Numbered from the stretch's first letter, positions 50,821 through 63,623 are shown. The stretch: 64,000 nt of DNA from Gracilinanus agilis (GCF_016433145.1 NC_058135.1:214883847-214947846); one strand, 5' to 3'. Notes: generated by a model from the letters alone, not told the origin. Program-made: numbers and translations.

Positions 50821-51169
50821 TCCTCTATTAGAGGTTTAAGAGAGAATTATTTTTCAAGAGTTGGACTAAATAGCTACTGATGATCCTTTGGATTCTAAGT
50901 CTATGATTCTAGCCAGAAGTTCTCTCTTTGTTCCCTTCCCCATCATCATCCCTCTGGATTATTTGCAGAATGACAGAAGATTAAAGAAATCTAAGAGGAT
51001 ATCTAGTCCTCTTGAGACCTAAACAAGAATCCCCTCTATCAGATCTGTTCAAGTTGTCATCCAATCTTAGCTCAAAAGGCTCTACCAGTGAGCAACCTTG
51101 GCAAACCCATTTTGCTTTAGGACAGCTCTCATTATTAGAGAGTTTTTACTTAAGCCTGACACTCTAGAA

Positions 51170-51354
51170 CAGGGGTCGGCAACCTTTTTGGCCGTGAGAG
51201 CCATAAATGCCACATTTTTTAAAATGTGATTTCATGGGAGCCGTACAGTGCTCACAGTGCGCGCTCTTGTAACAGTGCCTGAAAAAAAAATTGACTTTAT
51301 GGCTCCTGCAGAAAGAGCCATATCTGGCTCGAGATCCATACATTGCCACCCCTG
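51170..51354 (+). mobile_element. Non-autonomous hAT MITE (CAGGGGTCGGCAAC TIR family)
   Basis: Starts CAGGGGTCGGCAAC and ends ATTGCCACCCCTG. TSD CTCTAGAA/CTGTAGAA (7/8). Confidence 0.9.
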
Positions 51355-51369
51355 CTGTAGAACTTCACC

Positions 51370-51900
51370 TATTACTCCTATTTCTACCCTCTGTAGTTCA
51401 ACTAAACAAGTCTAATCTCTGTATCGCATGACAGGTTTTTGGATAATGGAAGACAACAATCATTTACTCTTTAGACCTTTTCATCTCCAATATGTACTTC
51501 TTTCAGCTGACCTGTTGTCTAGTCTCTTTGATATCCTCCTTGTCTTTGTTGGAATGTGTTCAAGGTCTTGTGCCCTTACTAAAATACGGTGTCAAGGATT
51601 TTATACAGTCCTCCCTAATTGAGGCAGAATCATTTCAAGTCAGTCTTACAAATAATAGTTTGAACTCATGCCCCAAGGCTGTGTTTTTGCTTTAAGGATT
51701 TCAGACAAAGAGGTATTCCAGTGATGCCTTTCTGGGAATTGTTCTGGAATTATTCTCTTCATATTGACCACCTACTTCAAGCCCCTAATTTGTTCATCCT
51801 TAGCTCAATTCACTTAATTAGCACCTGTCACCAAAATCCCAGTATAATATACTTTGGCAGTATGAATTCAGAAAATATCTGCTTCCTATCATTTCTGTTA
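51370..51900 (-). mobile_element. Probable L3/CR1 ORF2 remnant
   Basis: CCCTTACTAAAATACGGTGTCAAGGATT resembles the reverse of the CR1 LEYCVQFW-region DNA. Heavily decayed. Confidence 0.45.
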
Positions 51901-51943
51901 GTGTTCTCTGTCATTTAATCCCATTATATGGTTTAAACATTTG

Positions 51944-51946
<3 letters not shown>

Positions 51947-51982
<36 letters not shown>
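51947..51982. repeat. (TA)n microsatellite
   Basis: Direct reading. Confidence 0.97.
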
Positions 51983-51987
<5 letters not shown>

Positions 51988-52119
51988 GTTAGGGATGTTA
52001 TTTATCAGGGAATCTCAAGATATCATTAAAGATGGCTCAATGACTATATAAGCTCTTAACAAATGGCCTAGTGACTGAACAGTCACAATGAGTTGGCCAA
52101 CAAGAATATAGAAAATACA

Positions 52120-52190
52120 TTTTTTTAATTTTTTCTTTTTTAGAAAAATTTTTCCATGGTTACAAGATTCATGTTCTTGCTCTCTCTCAA
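52120..52190 (-). mobile_element. Very short L1 3' end
   Basis: T-tail plus TTCCATGGTTACAAGATTCATGTTCTTG, shared with the other L1 3' ends. Confidence 0.7.
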
Positions 52191-52559
52191 GATTAAATGG
52201 TGGCACAGTAAGGCTTTGAACCCAAGTCTGTGACTGCATATCAGTTACTATGAGAGAAATAATAAATTAATGAATCAAAGACATTCATTAATCGAAAATA
52301 CTGAGGATTTAAAATAAAAAACTGAGATAATCTGTTGTGTCAAGCAACTCATGTTCTAAGGAGATGGACAATATGTATAGGAAGGTTCAGCTGCTGGTCA
52401 AACGGAATACATTGTTAGTCCTCAGAATTCTGTGACAGAGTGATTGCCAAAGTCCAAAGGTCTGGAAGGTTTATACCTGTTGCCTCTTACTATTCCAAGG
52501 AGTAATCAGAGCTATTCTTTCCTTAGAAAGCCATTATTTGATCCTATCATAACCTCAAG

Positions 52560-53100
52560 CTATTATAACTCTTCCTTCTTTCAATGCAAAACTCCTAGAA
52601 AGATTATCTACATTAATGTCTTTTGGGATTTCCAGCTAGATATATCATTAAAATCTCAAGCTTAAAAAAAAAACAACAGACTCCAATCTTCCTTCCTAAA
52701 CATGTTCCTTCTCCATACTTGCCTATTAAGTGTTCTTTGACACCAATACTTGTATCCTTAGTCTCCCATTTCCTTACTCTTGGTGTCATCTTTGAATCTT
52801 CACCCACATGTTTCGTAGCCAATCAATTGTCAAACTATTATTTTTGTCTCCAGAAAATGTCCTAATATATTCACTTCTCTCCACTTAAAGGGCCATAACT
52901 AGCACAAAGTAAATAAGGCTTTGCCCAAGGCACTAATATCCAGGATAGGAGCAGGGAGTACTTCCTTCTGTGGATGATATGCTTCCTACTGTGATAACCA
53001 ACGTGTCTATGCTTCCATGATTTTTCACTGGTCCATAACACAGTGCCATACAACTGTCCCAGGTCTACCATCCATAAGATTTTTATCACCATTTAAGACT
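52560..53100 (+). mobile_element. L2 LINE fragment
   Basis: Pyrimidine-rich CTCCAATCTTCCTTCCTAAAC...CTTGGTGTCATCTTTGAATCTTC...CTTCTCTCCAC, L2-like. Confidence 0.6.
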
Positions 53101-53636
53101 TACTTTCTGCTAATCCACATAGACATAAGAAAAATATTGTTCTATATCATGGTATGACTGACTCCTTCCATTTAAGAACCTTTTATGTATTCTTAGGATA
53201 TCTATATCTATATATTTATTTATATATACATAAATTATATGGAAGTATATAACATATTTTTTCTTGCTATAAGTTTAATAAAGTTAGAGAGCTATGGCAA
53301 ATATTTCAGTCCTTTAGAGATCCATGACCTGGGGATTCCTTCTGCCACTCTCGGTCTTCTCACTTCTATGGCTTGGTATGTGACCTTTGAGGGTTACTAT
53401 GGGCAAACAAGACTGGATAACCTGCTGATAAATGCATTTGAATTTAAACTTTCTAGGAATGGTGTAGGGATAATTAAAGTACAGATTATACTGTGATAAG
53501 TATAAAGGAATGCATATTATGAGGAATATATAAAGGATTCCATGAGAAAGAGATCACTTTCTACTAGAAGGATCAACCATAGCTTTATAGAAGAAATAGA
53601 AGCTGAGCTTGGATTTATGAAATCATACACGTAGAG

Positions 53637-53830
53637 CAGTGGTTCCCAAACTTTTTTGGCCTTCCGCCCCTTTTCCAGAAAAAAATATTACTAAGCCCCC
53701 TGGAAATTAATTTAAAAAAATTTTTGATAGCAATTAGTAGGAAAGATAAGTGCACCTGTGGCCATCACCACTTCCCTGGATCACTGCAGCACCCAACAGG
53801 GGGCGGTAGCTCCCACTTTGGGAATTGCTG
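53637..53830 (+). mobile_element. Non-autonomous hAT/Charlie MITE, subfamily B
   Basis: TIRs CAGTGGTTCCCAAA ... TTTGGGAATTGCTG. Imperfect TSD ACGTAGAG/ATCTAGAG. Internal sequence closely matches 29459-29647. Confidence 0.9.
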
Positions 53831-53894
53831 ATCTAGAGCTTTAAGGAGCCTTTTGATTTGATTTTTTTGATTTGAGTTTTTTTTTTTTTTTTGG

Positions 53895-54050
53895 CAAAGA
53901 TACTGGATGGTTTGCCATTTCTTTCTCCAGCTCCTTTGAGAGATGAAGAACCTGAAGCAAACAGGGTTGAGTGGAACACAACTGAAATGAATGCACAACA
54001 AAAATCAGAGTTAGTAGGTGAATCTGGTTCAAAGGCCATTCTCCCTTCAC
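53895..54050 (-). mobile_element. Partial MAR1-type SINE
   Basis: TTGGCAAAGATACTGGATGGTTTGCCATTTCTTTCTCCAGCTC, the reverse of the MAR1 tail. Confidence 0.8.
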
Positions 54051-56747
54051 TATAACAGACTAGTCTTTCAATAATAGTAACAATAACAATACCAATACCA
54101 ATACCAATAATAATAATAATATTTAAAGCTCATAAATATATAGCCTTGTAAGGCTTACAAAACACTTTTCCCTCCATAATTCTGTAAGGTAGGTCAGAGT
54201 TCAATTTGGTAAATATGTGGCATTCATGAAGGATGCTACCTTCACTAATTATAGCATCAAATGAAAATCATGACATTCCTTTCAGTGTTGTCACACAAAT
54301 ATAGAAGAGTAATATGATATTGTAATCTTAGATTTTAGGTGAAGAAGTTTAATTTATTTAAAACAAACTGAGCCATGGGGAAAATTTATCCTCTTCAGTT
54401 TAATAAATCCTATTGTTTATCTTATTTGCCCTGATTGTCTTGCTATTTCTTTTCTGTAACTCAACCACACAGTGGATTTTAAGACTTTGCAAGGAATGAA
54501 CATATACAAGTGAACAATTAAATGATTGTGGGATTTACATGGAAAACGTCATGTAATATAGATTTGTTAAGATTACTTTCTTTGAAGGCCTGAGCTGTTT
54601 CTGAAGTGGGCTTACAGTGGGAAATGTAATACGATTTGGCTGAGTTTCCAGTTGTCAGCAAGTAACCTGATGCTTTCACAAATCCCCTTTCATTCCACAG
54701 GGATAACTTTTGGGTAGCCTGTCAGACCAAGTAGTCAAACATGCCTGCTGTTGCCTATTGACATCTATGGCCCTGACCTTCCCATGAACCTCAACTAAGT
54801 CTTTTCTAGGTTTGTAATATTTTCATTCACCAAAAAAAGAGAAAAAATTCACTAATGACATTTTTCACAGTACAACATTTAAGATAGCACTGAGTATCAA
54901 TCAAGAATTTTATTTTAATCTTTAACCTACCATCTCCTTTTTGCTTTTTGTCTCCTTTTGTAGGATATGTCTAGGTTGAATATGAGCATCACAAAAATAT
55001 AATAAGCTTGGAGTCAGAAAACCGGGTCATGAGTGTGAGCTGTGCTGCTCACTAGCTGCATGACCTGAGGAAACTTTTCTTTCCTTTCTTAATTTAAAGA
55101 TGAAAAAATGGGGAGAGGAAGAGATGTTAAAAGACCCAAAAGAAAATCTCTAAGTTTGAGGTGGCTTCTTTATAGAATATTTGTGGAAACACATGGACAA
55201 TAACAAGAAGGAGAAATTGCAGATGGGTTGGTGATTTGCAAAGGCTAGGCTAGGTGAGAAAATATAGACAGAAATAATGCTGAATACCAAACACAATCAT
55301 TTCATCCCACACATCACTTAGCACTGAACCTTACTCATAAAGAACATTCAATATACATTCATTGCATGAATGAATAAGTAAATGAATTTCCAGGGGATTT
55401 TTGGGACAAATGTTGCTGGCCACATTTTTTCATAATCAATATATTCGATTTCTGGATAAGAGAATGAATGAATGAAAATAATTTCTTAATGATATTTTAT
55501 GTGCCAAACACCATGATATGCTCTCAGAACACAAAGTTATGAACAATGCCATCCTTGCCTTCAAGGAGTTTACATTCCGAGAGTGTAGACAACATATATA
55601 GGGGAGTAGTTGTCAAGGAAAGGGGTTATTGCCTGAAAAGGCACCAATATTTTGAGCGAAGCAATTGAGGTCTCCACTAACATAAACACTTTTTAATTTG
55701 TTGAAAGCTTAGCTTTATAGTAAAAGATTTTCACACATCTCAACTCAAACAGGCACGTATCTCACTGGAAGAGAATTCCGAGCACCAAAGAATCTGGCTA
55801 ACTTCCAGGTATCAGCTGGCTGATGTACTGGGGGATGGTATGGGAAGCAGGGGCAGTCTTCATTTCACAAGCTAACGAACAAAACAAAAACATCGCCTTC
55901 AAAAAGATGTAGAACATCTTCTAGGAACCAGTTTTGATGGGCATTCAATTAACACAGACAATTAATGAATTGTTATCAGTCATTGCTCCATTTTTAATAA
56001 CTCATGCTTGACTGATCTGTTGAAAGGCATGATAAGTGGGCATTCATCCAGAATGGTCTTTGGATGCACAGAGACAGTTATGGTACAGCAGAACAAGCAC
56101 TGAGCATTGTCTTTAGCCTACAAAGGTCTGAGTTCAAGACCCGACTGTTCTACTTACAAGCCATGTGATAGTAGGCAAATCACTTAATATTCCTTAACCT
56201 TAGTTTCTACATCTGTAAAATGGAGATGAAAACACCTTCTCTGCCTTTTGTCCAGGGAAGTTGTAAAGATACAGTAAATTAATATGTATAAAACAAGATG
56301 ATGATATATTTTTGAAGGCAAGGCTAAAAAAGAATAGCAATAAGCAATCCTCTGTCAGTGTGTGTGGTTAGCTATACAAAGGGAGTGGAATAGATCTGGG
56401 AGTTCGCTTTACTGGAATTCTTCTCCTAGATATTCATGACTATTTTAAGAGATGGAGAAGAGATTCTTATTCAAGTATGAGTTAGACCCCTTACAGTTGA
56501 GAGTTACTGTGATCCTTTGTATTCTGTGGCAGAATGACAATTCTCTGTTCTCCTTGAGCAAGCCTATATTTTTGGAGTGACCCTTCCTAGCCATGTTTCA
56601 AATAATAAAAACCTACTTATCTAAATCTTTATGTGCCTTATATTGCAAGTATCACAGGATTCGAGGATGTAGAAAGAGAAGGAATCTTAGATGTCATAAA
56701 GTCCAAATGCCTCATATACACACAGATATGTAGATGTATAAAAATCT

Positions 56748-56767
56748 CATATATATATATATACATA

Positions 56768-56811
<44 letters not shown>
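56748..56811. repeat. (TA)n microsatellite
   Basis: Direct reading. Confidence 0.97.
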
Positions 56812-56812
<1 letters not shown>

Positions 56813-57869
56813 TCTTGAGAGTTAGAGAGTTCACTTCTATCTGCATTCCATACAGTAATTTATAAACAGTTTTCCAATCCATGTAATTTTATTCCAAATT
56901 TAGTACTTTTTACTGTATATTATTCTTCCTCATTGTTCTGTGTTTCAGGGAATTAACTTCAAAATCAGAGTAGATGATTAGTCTCTCCTACCCACTGCCC
57001 AACATTCAGTAACAAATGCTTTCCAAATGATTAGTTGTGTAGTAAGCATTACTTATGTGAAACTAAAAACTAAGAGGACAATTTTGATACACAGCTCATG
57101 AAATCTAGTGGAGTGTTGTTTGTTGAACGATTTGAAATACCAATTGAATCTCAGAAAAAAGTGAATGCAAGGAGTGCATTGGCACCCAACTCTATCCCCT
57201 TGGTGTGTACTTGCCTTCCAGATAAAGAGCATGGATCCCCAGACATTTAGTTTCTGAACCTCTGCCATCTTTTCCATGGTGATAAAAGCACAGGTATCCT
57301 TGTGAGAATCATAAGATGAGTATTCAGCAGAAATGCAAATTCAAGATTGAATTGTTTCCTCATATAGGCAGCATGATCTCTCATTAGTAAGGCCCCTGTT
57401 CAATAAAAGTTCTTTGTCTTTTGTTCATTTGGGGGCTTTTGGGGACCTTGTCTATGTGCTGAATTTTAGCTCCGTTCCTGGGTTGGAAGGAGAAATGTCC
57501 TGGACTATTCCAGTACTTGAGGTCGACTCAGCTGCCTCTTACATTGTGGAATAGTACTTCATGGGGATGGCCTGGATGACTCACCGTGGGGATACCTTCA
57601 GTTGTTCAGTCCAATTGTTGCTTGTGCTGGATTATGTTGAGTTCCATCCTCTTCCTTCATGAAAGGACCTTGTTGGGCTGTATTCCTCCACCTCCTGCTT
57701 GTGCTGGATCTTACCGGAGTTCCAACACTAACATTCTGGAACAGGTTTTCCCCTCCTACTCTAATGACATTGGCCTTTCTTGCTGTCCTTCAATTCTGAC
57801 TTGTACTGGGGAACTGCTTCCCCCATTCTTCTCTTTGTTTTAATGCCCCAAGATTCTTTTTGAGGTTGA

Positions 57870-57875
57870 GTGTGT

Positions 57876-57918
<43 letters not shown>
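57870..57918. repeat. (TG)n microsatellite
   Basis: Direct reading. Confidence 0.97.
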
Positions 57919-57932
<14 letters not shown>

Positions 57933-58981
57933 TGTGTATCTATCTGTAGATGGGAATGCTCTGAACATTCCTTCCTCCACCATCTTGGTTCACAGAATTA
58001 CAAGTCTCATCAAGGATTCTTAAGATTGGTGATGTCCAATTGGCTAAAGGACATCTTCCTGAGCTTGTGGACAGTCATGTCTGAATGCTGAATGACCACA
58101 GCACATGTGCCTATCTCATGTACAATTTTTATCACATTTATGATTGGGTTTGATGCTTTATGGATTTAGATTCAGTTTCTTTTTGTTTATGAGAAAAAAA
58201 TCACAGGATTAGTTCCAATAATTAACCTAAAAATTAATTATTGCCAATGACATGTGGAAATGGCAGTTATGTTATGTCAGGATGGGCAATAGACTCAATC
58301 AGCTTGAGTATTAATAAATATCTTGAAAAAGGAACTTGACAGAAGCTACTGTTATCTTAAAAGGGAAGGAAGATGGGAGTGGCAAAATCATTTGCAGAAA
58401 TTAAAAGCAAAGGAAAAAAAAGTTATGAAACTATAAGAGGTTCTTCAAAGGAAAATGTTTACTCTTAGTAGACAAGCAAAAAGGATTTTAATAAAAATGA
58501 TACTTGATTTAAATATTATTCTATTTAAGTGAGGAGTTCAGTGTATATACTTAGTTTCATTATGAAATAAATATTGATAACAATAATCACATTAATAACA
58601 GTAATAACATGATCCATCCCTTAGCATCACTTCAATAGGCTTCTATATGTTCAGGAAAAAGTAACAGTACAAACCATGAGACAGATCAGACCAATCAAAA
58701 TAAAGCATTTATTGAAGAAAAAAAGAGTCAACTTGGACATTCATATCATTGGAAAGTTCAAAGGGAGGGACCATAGATGTTAATTAGTTCAGTCTCATAT
58801 CTGTCGCATGCAGTGTCCTTTCTGAAATACTCTGGGCAAATAAATAGTCATCCCATGATATACTTGAATACTTCTACTGATGGAGAACCCATTACCTATT
58901 AAGTCTACCCATTCCTTTCTAAAAGTTCAATAGTACACATTTACTTTTCACACTAAATAAATGAGACTCTCCAGAAGAAAG

Positions 58982-59026
58982 TGACTCATGTGCTCATTTG
59001 CATAGCAAATAAATGCTTTTGATTGG
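58982..59026. promoter_or_regulatory. Candidate enhancer motif cluster: AP-1, octamer/PORE-like, CCAAT
   Basis: TGACTCA 58982-58988, ATTTGCATAGCAAAT 58996-59010, ATTGG 59022-59026. Confidence 0.3.
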
Positions 59027-59545
59027 TCTTATTGCTTGGTTGGTTCTGCCTAGTCTAAGGGCTAATTAATGCTCTTCCTTTTGTTTTTTGAGCAAAGGGA
59101 CTTTTCAATTTTCAAAGACATAAAGCCAAACAAAAAAGTGACATATTTTACAAAAAACAAATCTTTATTATTTATTCATAACAAATGTAAATAACAAATA
59201 TTATTTATTTACTCCTTATATAGTCCAATGCTAAGATGGAGGAATTATACATTTCAGATTAGGCCTGGTATTTGACCTCAGAGAGGTTTCAGTCCTTTTA
59301 GTCCTAGGAGATTACTTTGAAACATTCTGTTCTAAACTAGGGTCATTGAAAGTCTCATAATCTTCTCTGAAAACAGACCAAACTAGGAAATAGTGTATAC
59401 TTGGTCTAGGTGTTTAATGAGTTTTATATAGGACAGGTCGGCATTCAGATTTCCAGTGCTCTTCCCTTGGAATTCAGAGTCCTAGTGGCAATTCACTGTG
59501 CTTGATGATATCAGGGATACAGATGAGAATAGGACTTTGTCTTTT

Positions 59546-60240
59546 AATGCCTGCCCTTTGATTCAACCATACCACTGCTGGGTTTGTATCCCAAAGAGAT
59601 AATAAGGAAAAAGACTTGTACAAAAATATTTATAGCCGCGCTCTTTGTGGTGGCAAAAAAAATGGAAAATGAAGGGGTGTCCGTAGGTTGGGGAACGACT
59701 GAACAAATTGTGGTATCTAGTGGTGAAGGAATACTATTGTGCTAAAAGGAATAATGAACTGGAGGAATTCCACGTGAACTGGAGCGGCCTCCAGGAATTG
59801 ATGCAGAGTGAAAGGAGCAGAGCCAGAAGAACATTGTACACAGAGACTGATACATTATGGTTCAACTGAACGTAAAGGACTTCTCTACTAGAAGCAATGC
59901 AATAATCCAGGACAATTCTGAGGGACTTATGAGAAAGAAAGCTATTCACATAGAGAGAAAGAACTGTGTAAGTTCTTTCATAGAAACACAGAAGAAAAAT
60001 ATCTGCTTGATCAATGGTTCCATGGAGATATATTTGGGGATGTAGATTCTAAACAATCACCCTAATGAAAATATCAATAATATGGAAATAGGCTTTGTAT
60101 AATAATACATGCATAATTCAGTGGAATTGCTCTTTGGCTCCAGGAACAGGGAAGCATGAGGGGAGAGAAAAAAAAACATGAATCATATAACCATGGAAAA
60201 ATATTCTAATTTAATTAATTAAATAAATAAATTTAAAAAA
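59546..60240 (+). mobile_element. 5'-truncated L1 (ORF2 C-terminus + 3' UTR + A-rich tail)
   Basis: Translates PFDSTIPLLGLYPKEIIRKKTCTKIFIAALFVVAKK, then a frameshift, then ...NKLWY...YYCAKRNNELEEFHVNW...LQELMQSERSR. Confidence 0.93.
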
Positions 60241-62139
60241 TGGGAAAAAAAGACTATCTTTTTTTGTGTAAACACAAGGAGTTTCCAATCTAATAGTAAT
60301 TATTAATAATCACAATAATTGCTAATTTTTATATAGTTCTTAATATCTGAAAAGCTCTGTCCTAATCACTATAATTATTATCCCATTTGATATTTCCAAC
60401 AACCTTGGGTGATAGGACCTATTATTTTCCTTATTTTAAAGATGAGGAAACTGAGCCAGGCAGTAATATATGTGATTTGTTTCAAGAATCACACAGCTAA
60501 TAAGTATCTAAGGCTAGATTTGAACTTGGGTCTTCTTGACTCTAGTCCTAAAACTCTATCTACTGTGTTATCTGGATGCCTTGCAATAGAGAATATAAGG
60601 TATATACACGATTGAGTATAATACAGATACAAAAAATAAGGTATCACTTCTGATTAGAGATGACCTCGTAGCTTTCATAGAAGAGATTGTGGTACTTTAG
60701 TTGAATGTTAAAGGGTTGATGATATTCTGAGAAATAAAAATTGTTTTATAATTCAATAATAAAAGCTTCTATTTAAATATTACTTTGCAATGAACAATGC
60801 ACTCTAATAACATTATCTCAGATGATATAAATCATTATGTGAGACAATATGGAGACCAGCATGGTATCATGGTAAGAAAACTGGAAATGCCACACAAAGA
60901 TATTAATTTACATCTTAGCTTTGCTATATATTAACTGTATATTATTTGCCAAATTGTTTTACTTATTTTTATCTAAGATTTTCCATTTGTATAATGTGGG
61001 CTTTAGGTTCCTAAATCCCTAAATTTAGATCCCATGATCCCTAAGCTGCTCTTCTTCCAAACCTGGCCCCATGCATGAAATCTTGGGATTCTGTAAATAT
61101 GGCAGTGAATATTTTACAGCAATGGAAACTGAGGCAAAGAGGCATGAATTGGCTTGGTATAATTCATACAGCTAATAAGTAAAAGGGCCTGGTACTAGAT
61201 TCCAGATCATAAATATCCAAATGTAAAGGCTTTTCCGTTATAACCATGTCACAGTTTATCTTTCCACGTCTCTTTCCAATAAGATGGAAGGTCTGGCTTC
61301 CTCAAACATCCCTGAGGCGCCTGGCTGTTTGCATTCTGACTGGATCAGTTCCCTCAACAAATGCCAGGAAGAATAATGAGATGGATCCAGTTTTCCTTCC
61401 ACTGTCAACATACCTCTGATATAGGCGTGCCAAGGAAGCTTTGGCAGGCCTAGAAAGACTCAGAATGGGCCCTGGGCCATAATTGTTAGAGGCAAATACC
61501 CATTAAAATATTTAATAGGTTTCATTGTTTACTGGGTCCTTCCTTTGTTGGAAAGGAGGGATGTTTAACAGGAGAGTTTAGTAGGCTTTTTTTCTTTTGG
61601 TCTGTTTCTAATATAGATCTAGCTCCTCTATGGTTAATAATCTTTGGAAAGGGATTTTCATCATTTAAGCTCCTGTATGTTTCTACCTCTAGACTTCTTG
61701 GTAAATGCAAACTCATTAAGCCATCATAGCCCTCTTGAATCTCCTCCTCTAGCCCTGGTTAGTGTCTTATTCACTCATTAATATAATACACTCCTGATCA
61801 GTCTTCTCATTTTCTTTTCCAATCTGTCCTGCATTTCTTGCTAGATTCATTTTCTTAATGCTCATCTCTCAACACTTCTATGTTGAGCTGATCAAACATC
61901 TTGAGGAGTTTCCCACTGGTATGGTAGAGGTAAGAATGTTCAACATGATGCTTGAAGACTTGGGGTCAAGCTCTGGCTCCTCTCTTTCTTAGTTTTGTCA
62001 TAGTGAATGTATTGCTTCTTCTCTCTAAATCTTTGTTTCTTCATCTTTTACATGGAGGGGTTGGACTGATTCACCTTGGGCCTTTAATCTCTTTCAGTCT
62101 TAGTTTTCTCATCTGTCAAAGGAGGAAGCTAGATTAGTG

Positions 62140-62540
62140 CAGGGGTGCTTAACTTAGGGTTTATGAACTAATTTTTAATTTCAATAACTGTATTTCAACT
62201 TAAAATGTTTCTTTTAAAACCATATATGTATCCTATATATTTTATTTTATGCAATTAAAAACCTTCTTCTGAGGAGTTCATAAAATTCACCAAACTGCTT
62301 AAAGCAGTGATGGGCAAACTTTTTAAAGAGGGGAACAAAGGAAAATAAATGCTCATCTGTCAGTCTGTTTCTTAGACACTCTTTGGAAGTTTCATTGTAT
62401 TGTATCCTACTCATTGTATTTGTCAGATTAGGAATAATGTCGTGAGGCCTGATAGAACATTTCGGGGGGCTACCTGCCGTGGTTCACCCATCACTGGCCT
62501 AAAGGATCCATGATAAAAAAAAAGTATCTAGAATTCTTGG
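62140..62540 (+). mobile_element. Old marsupial hAT/Charlie-type MITE, split by a younger MITE
   Basis: Starts CAGGGGTGCTTAACTTAGGG and has TTTTATTTTATGCAATTAAAAAC. Resumes after 62504 with GATCCATGATAAAAAAA. The same family is seen at 48155-48420 and 27168-27420. Confidence 0.7.
62305..62496 (+). mobile_element. Non-autonomous hAT MITE (CAGTGATGGGCAAA TIR family) nested in an older hAT element
   Basis: TIRs CAGTGATGGG ... CCCATCACTG. TSD GCTTAAAG/GCCTAAAG (7/8). Confidence 0.9.
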
Positions 62541-63623
62541 GCTTGAGGTTTTCTGAGGTCCTTTTGACCTCTAGAACTATAATTTTATCATGTCTAATGT
62601 TTCTTAGTATGAGTGGATTATCTATAAATTGAGAATTATAATGCTTGTACTATCTACTGCATAAATTCATTTTGAGAAAAATTGCTCATCTATCTTAAAC
62701 TACTCTATAGGTGTTAATATCATTGTTATTATCAGGTTCCATGGTTTATTTCTCTTCTCTTTGCTTTAGAGGAGGGGACTTTTAACAGGAGAGCTCAGTA
62801 GACTTTGTAATATATTAAAACATATATTTATAATACATTACTTTAATATTAACCTTCTAGTACATCATAACGTAAATCTATTAAAAACTCCAAAAGACCT
62901 TAAAAAATTGGAAAGACTTCAAGTAGGAGAATGGCAATGAATTATGTGTCTATTGCCTGAGAATTGGTCTATCTGAATACAGACAATGTGCTTCATCCAC
63001 AAAAGTCTGGTCATTAAGGAATTAATATTTTGTCCAAATTTACCAATGAAAATATCTACCATGGCGTGCAATTGGTTCTATATTGGTTGAGGGAGTACCC
63101 TGACTCTTGTCCCATGGATGAAATTTTATTTTGGCCTATTCATGAAATAAATTCATAGGTAGGTATGCAGAATTGTCCATGTCTGGTCCAATATTACCTT
63201 TTAAATTTGTATCTCGTACTATTGTTCCACTGCTATGTTTATATTAGATCTGGCTTTGTAAAACTTGTGAGTTTCCAACCTTAGACCTTTTCCCCCTACT
63301 GTATTCTCCACTTGGAGTACTCAGCATCCATCTGTGTTTCATTCTTCAAGGACCACCCACCTCAAAAGGGACCTCCTCTATAAATATAATTGTGCTATTG
63401 TGTGGGAAGACTCAAAGTAGACAGTGAGGACTGGTGCTACCATGATAGTTGTGGTAACTTTAGTGGAAATAGGCAAGTTGGAAAGAGAGGCAAGTTTCAC
63501 AAATTTGATAGCCATTAACAGGATAATTTTGATAATGGGAAATTATTAAAGTAACTCTTCAAATTAATGACTTTAGTAGCTTTTGGAGAAAAATACTTTA
63601 TAGATCATCATATAATTTTGATA

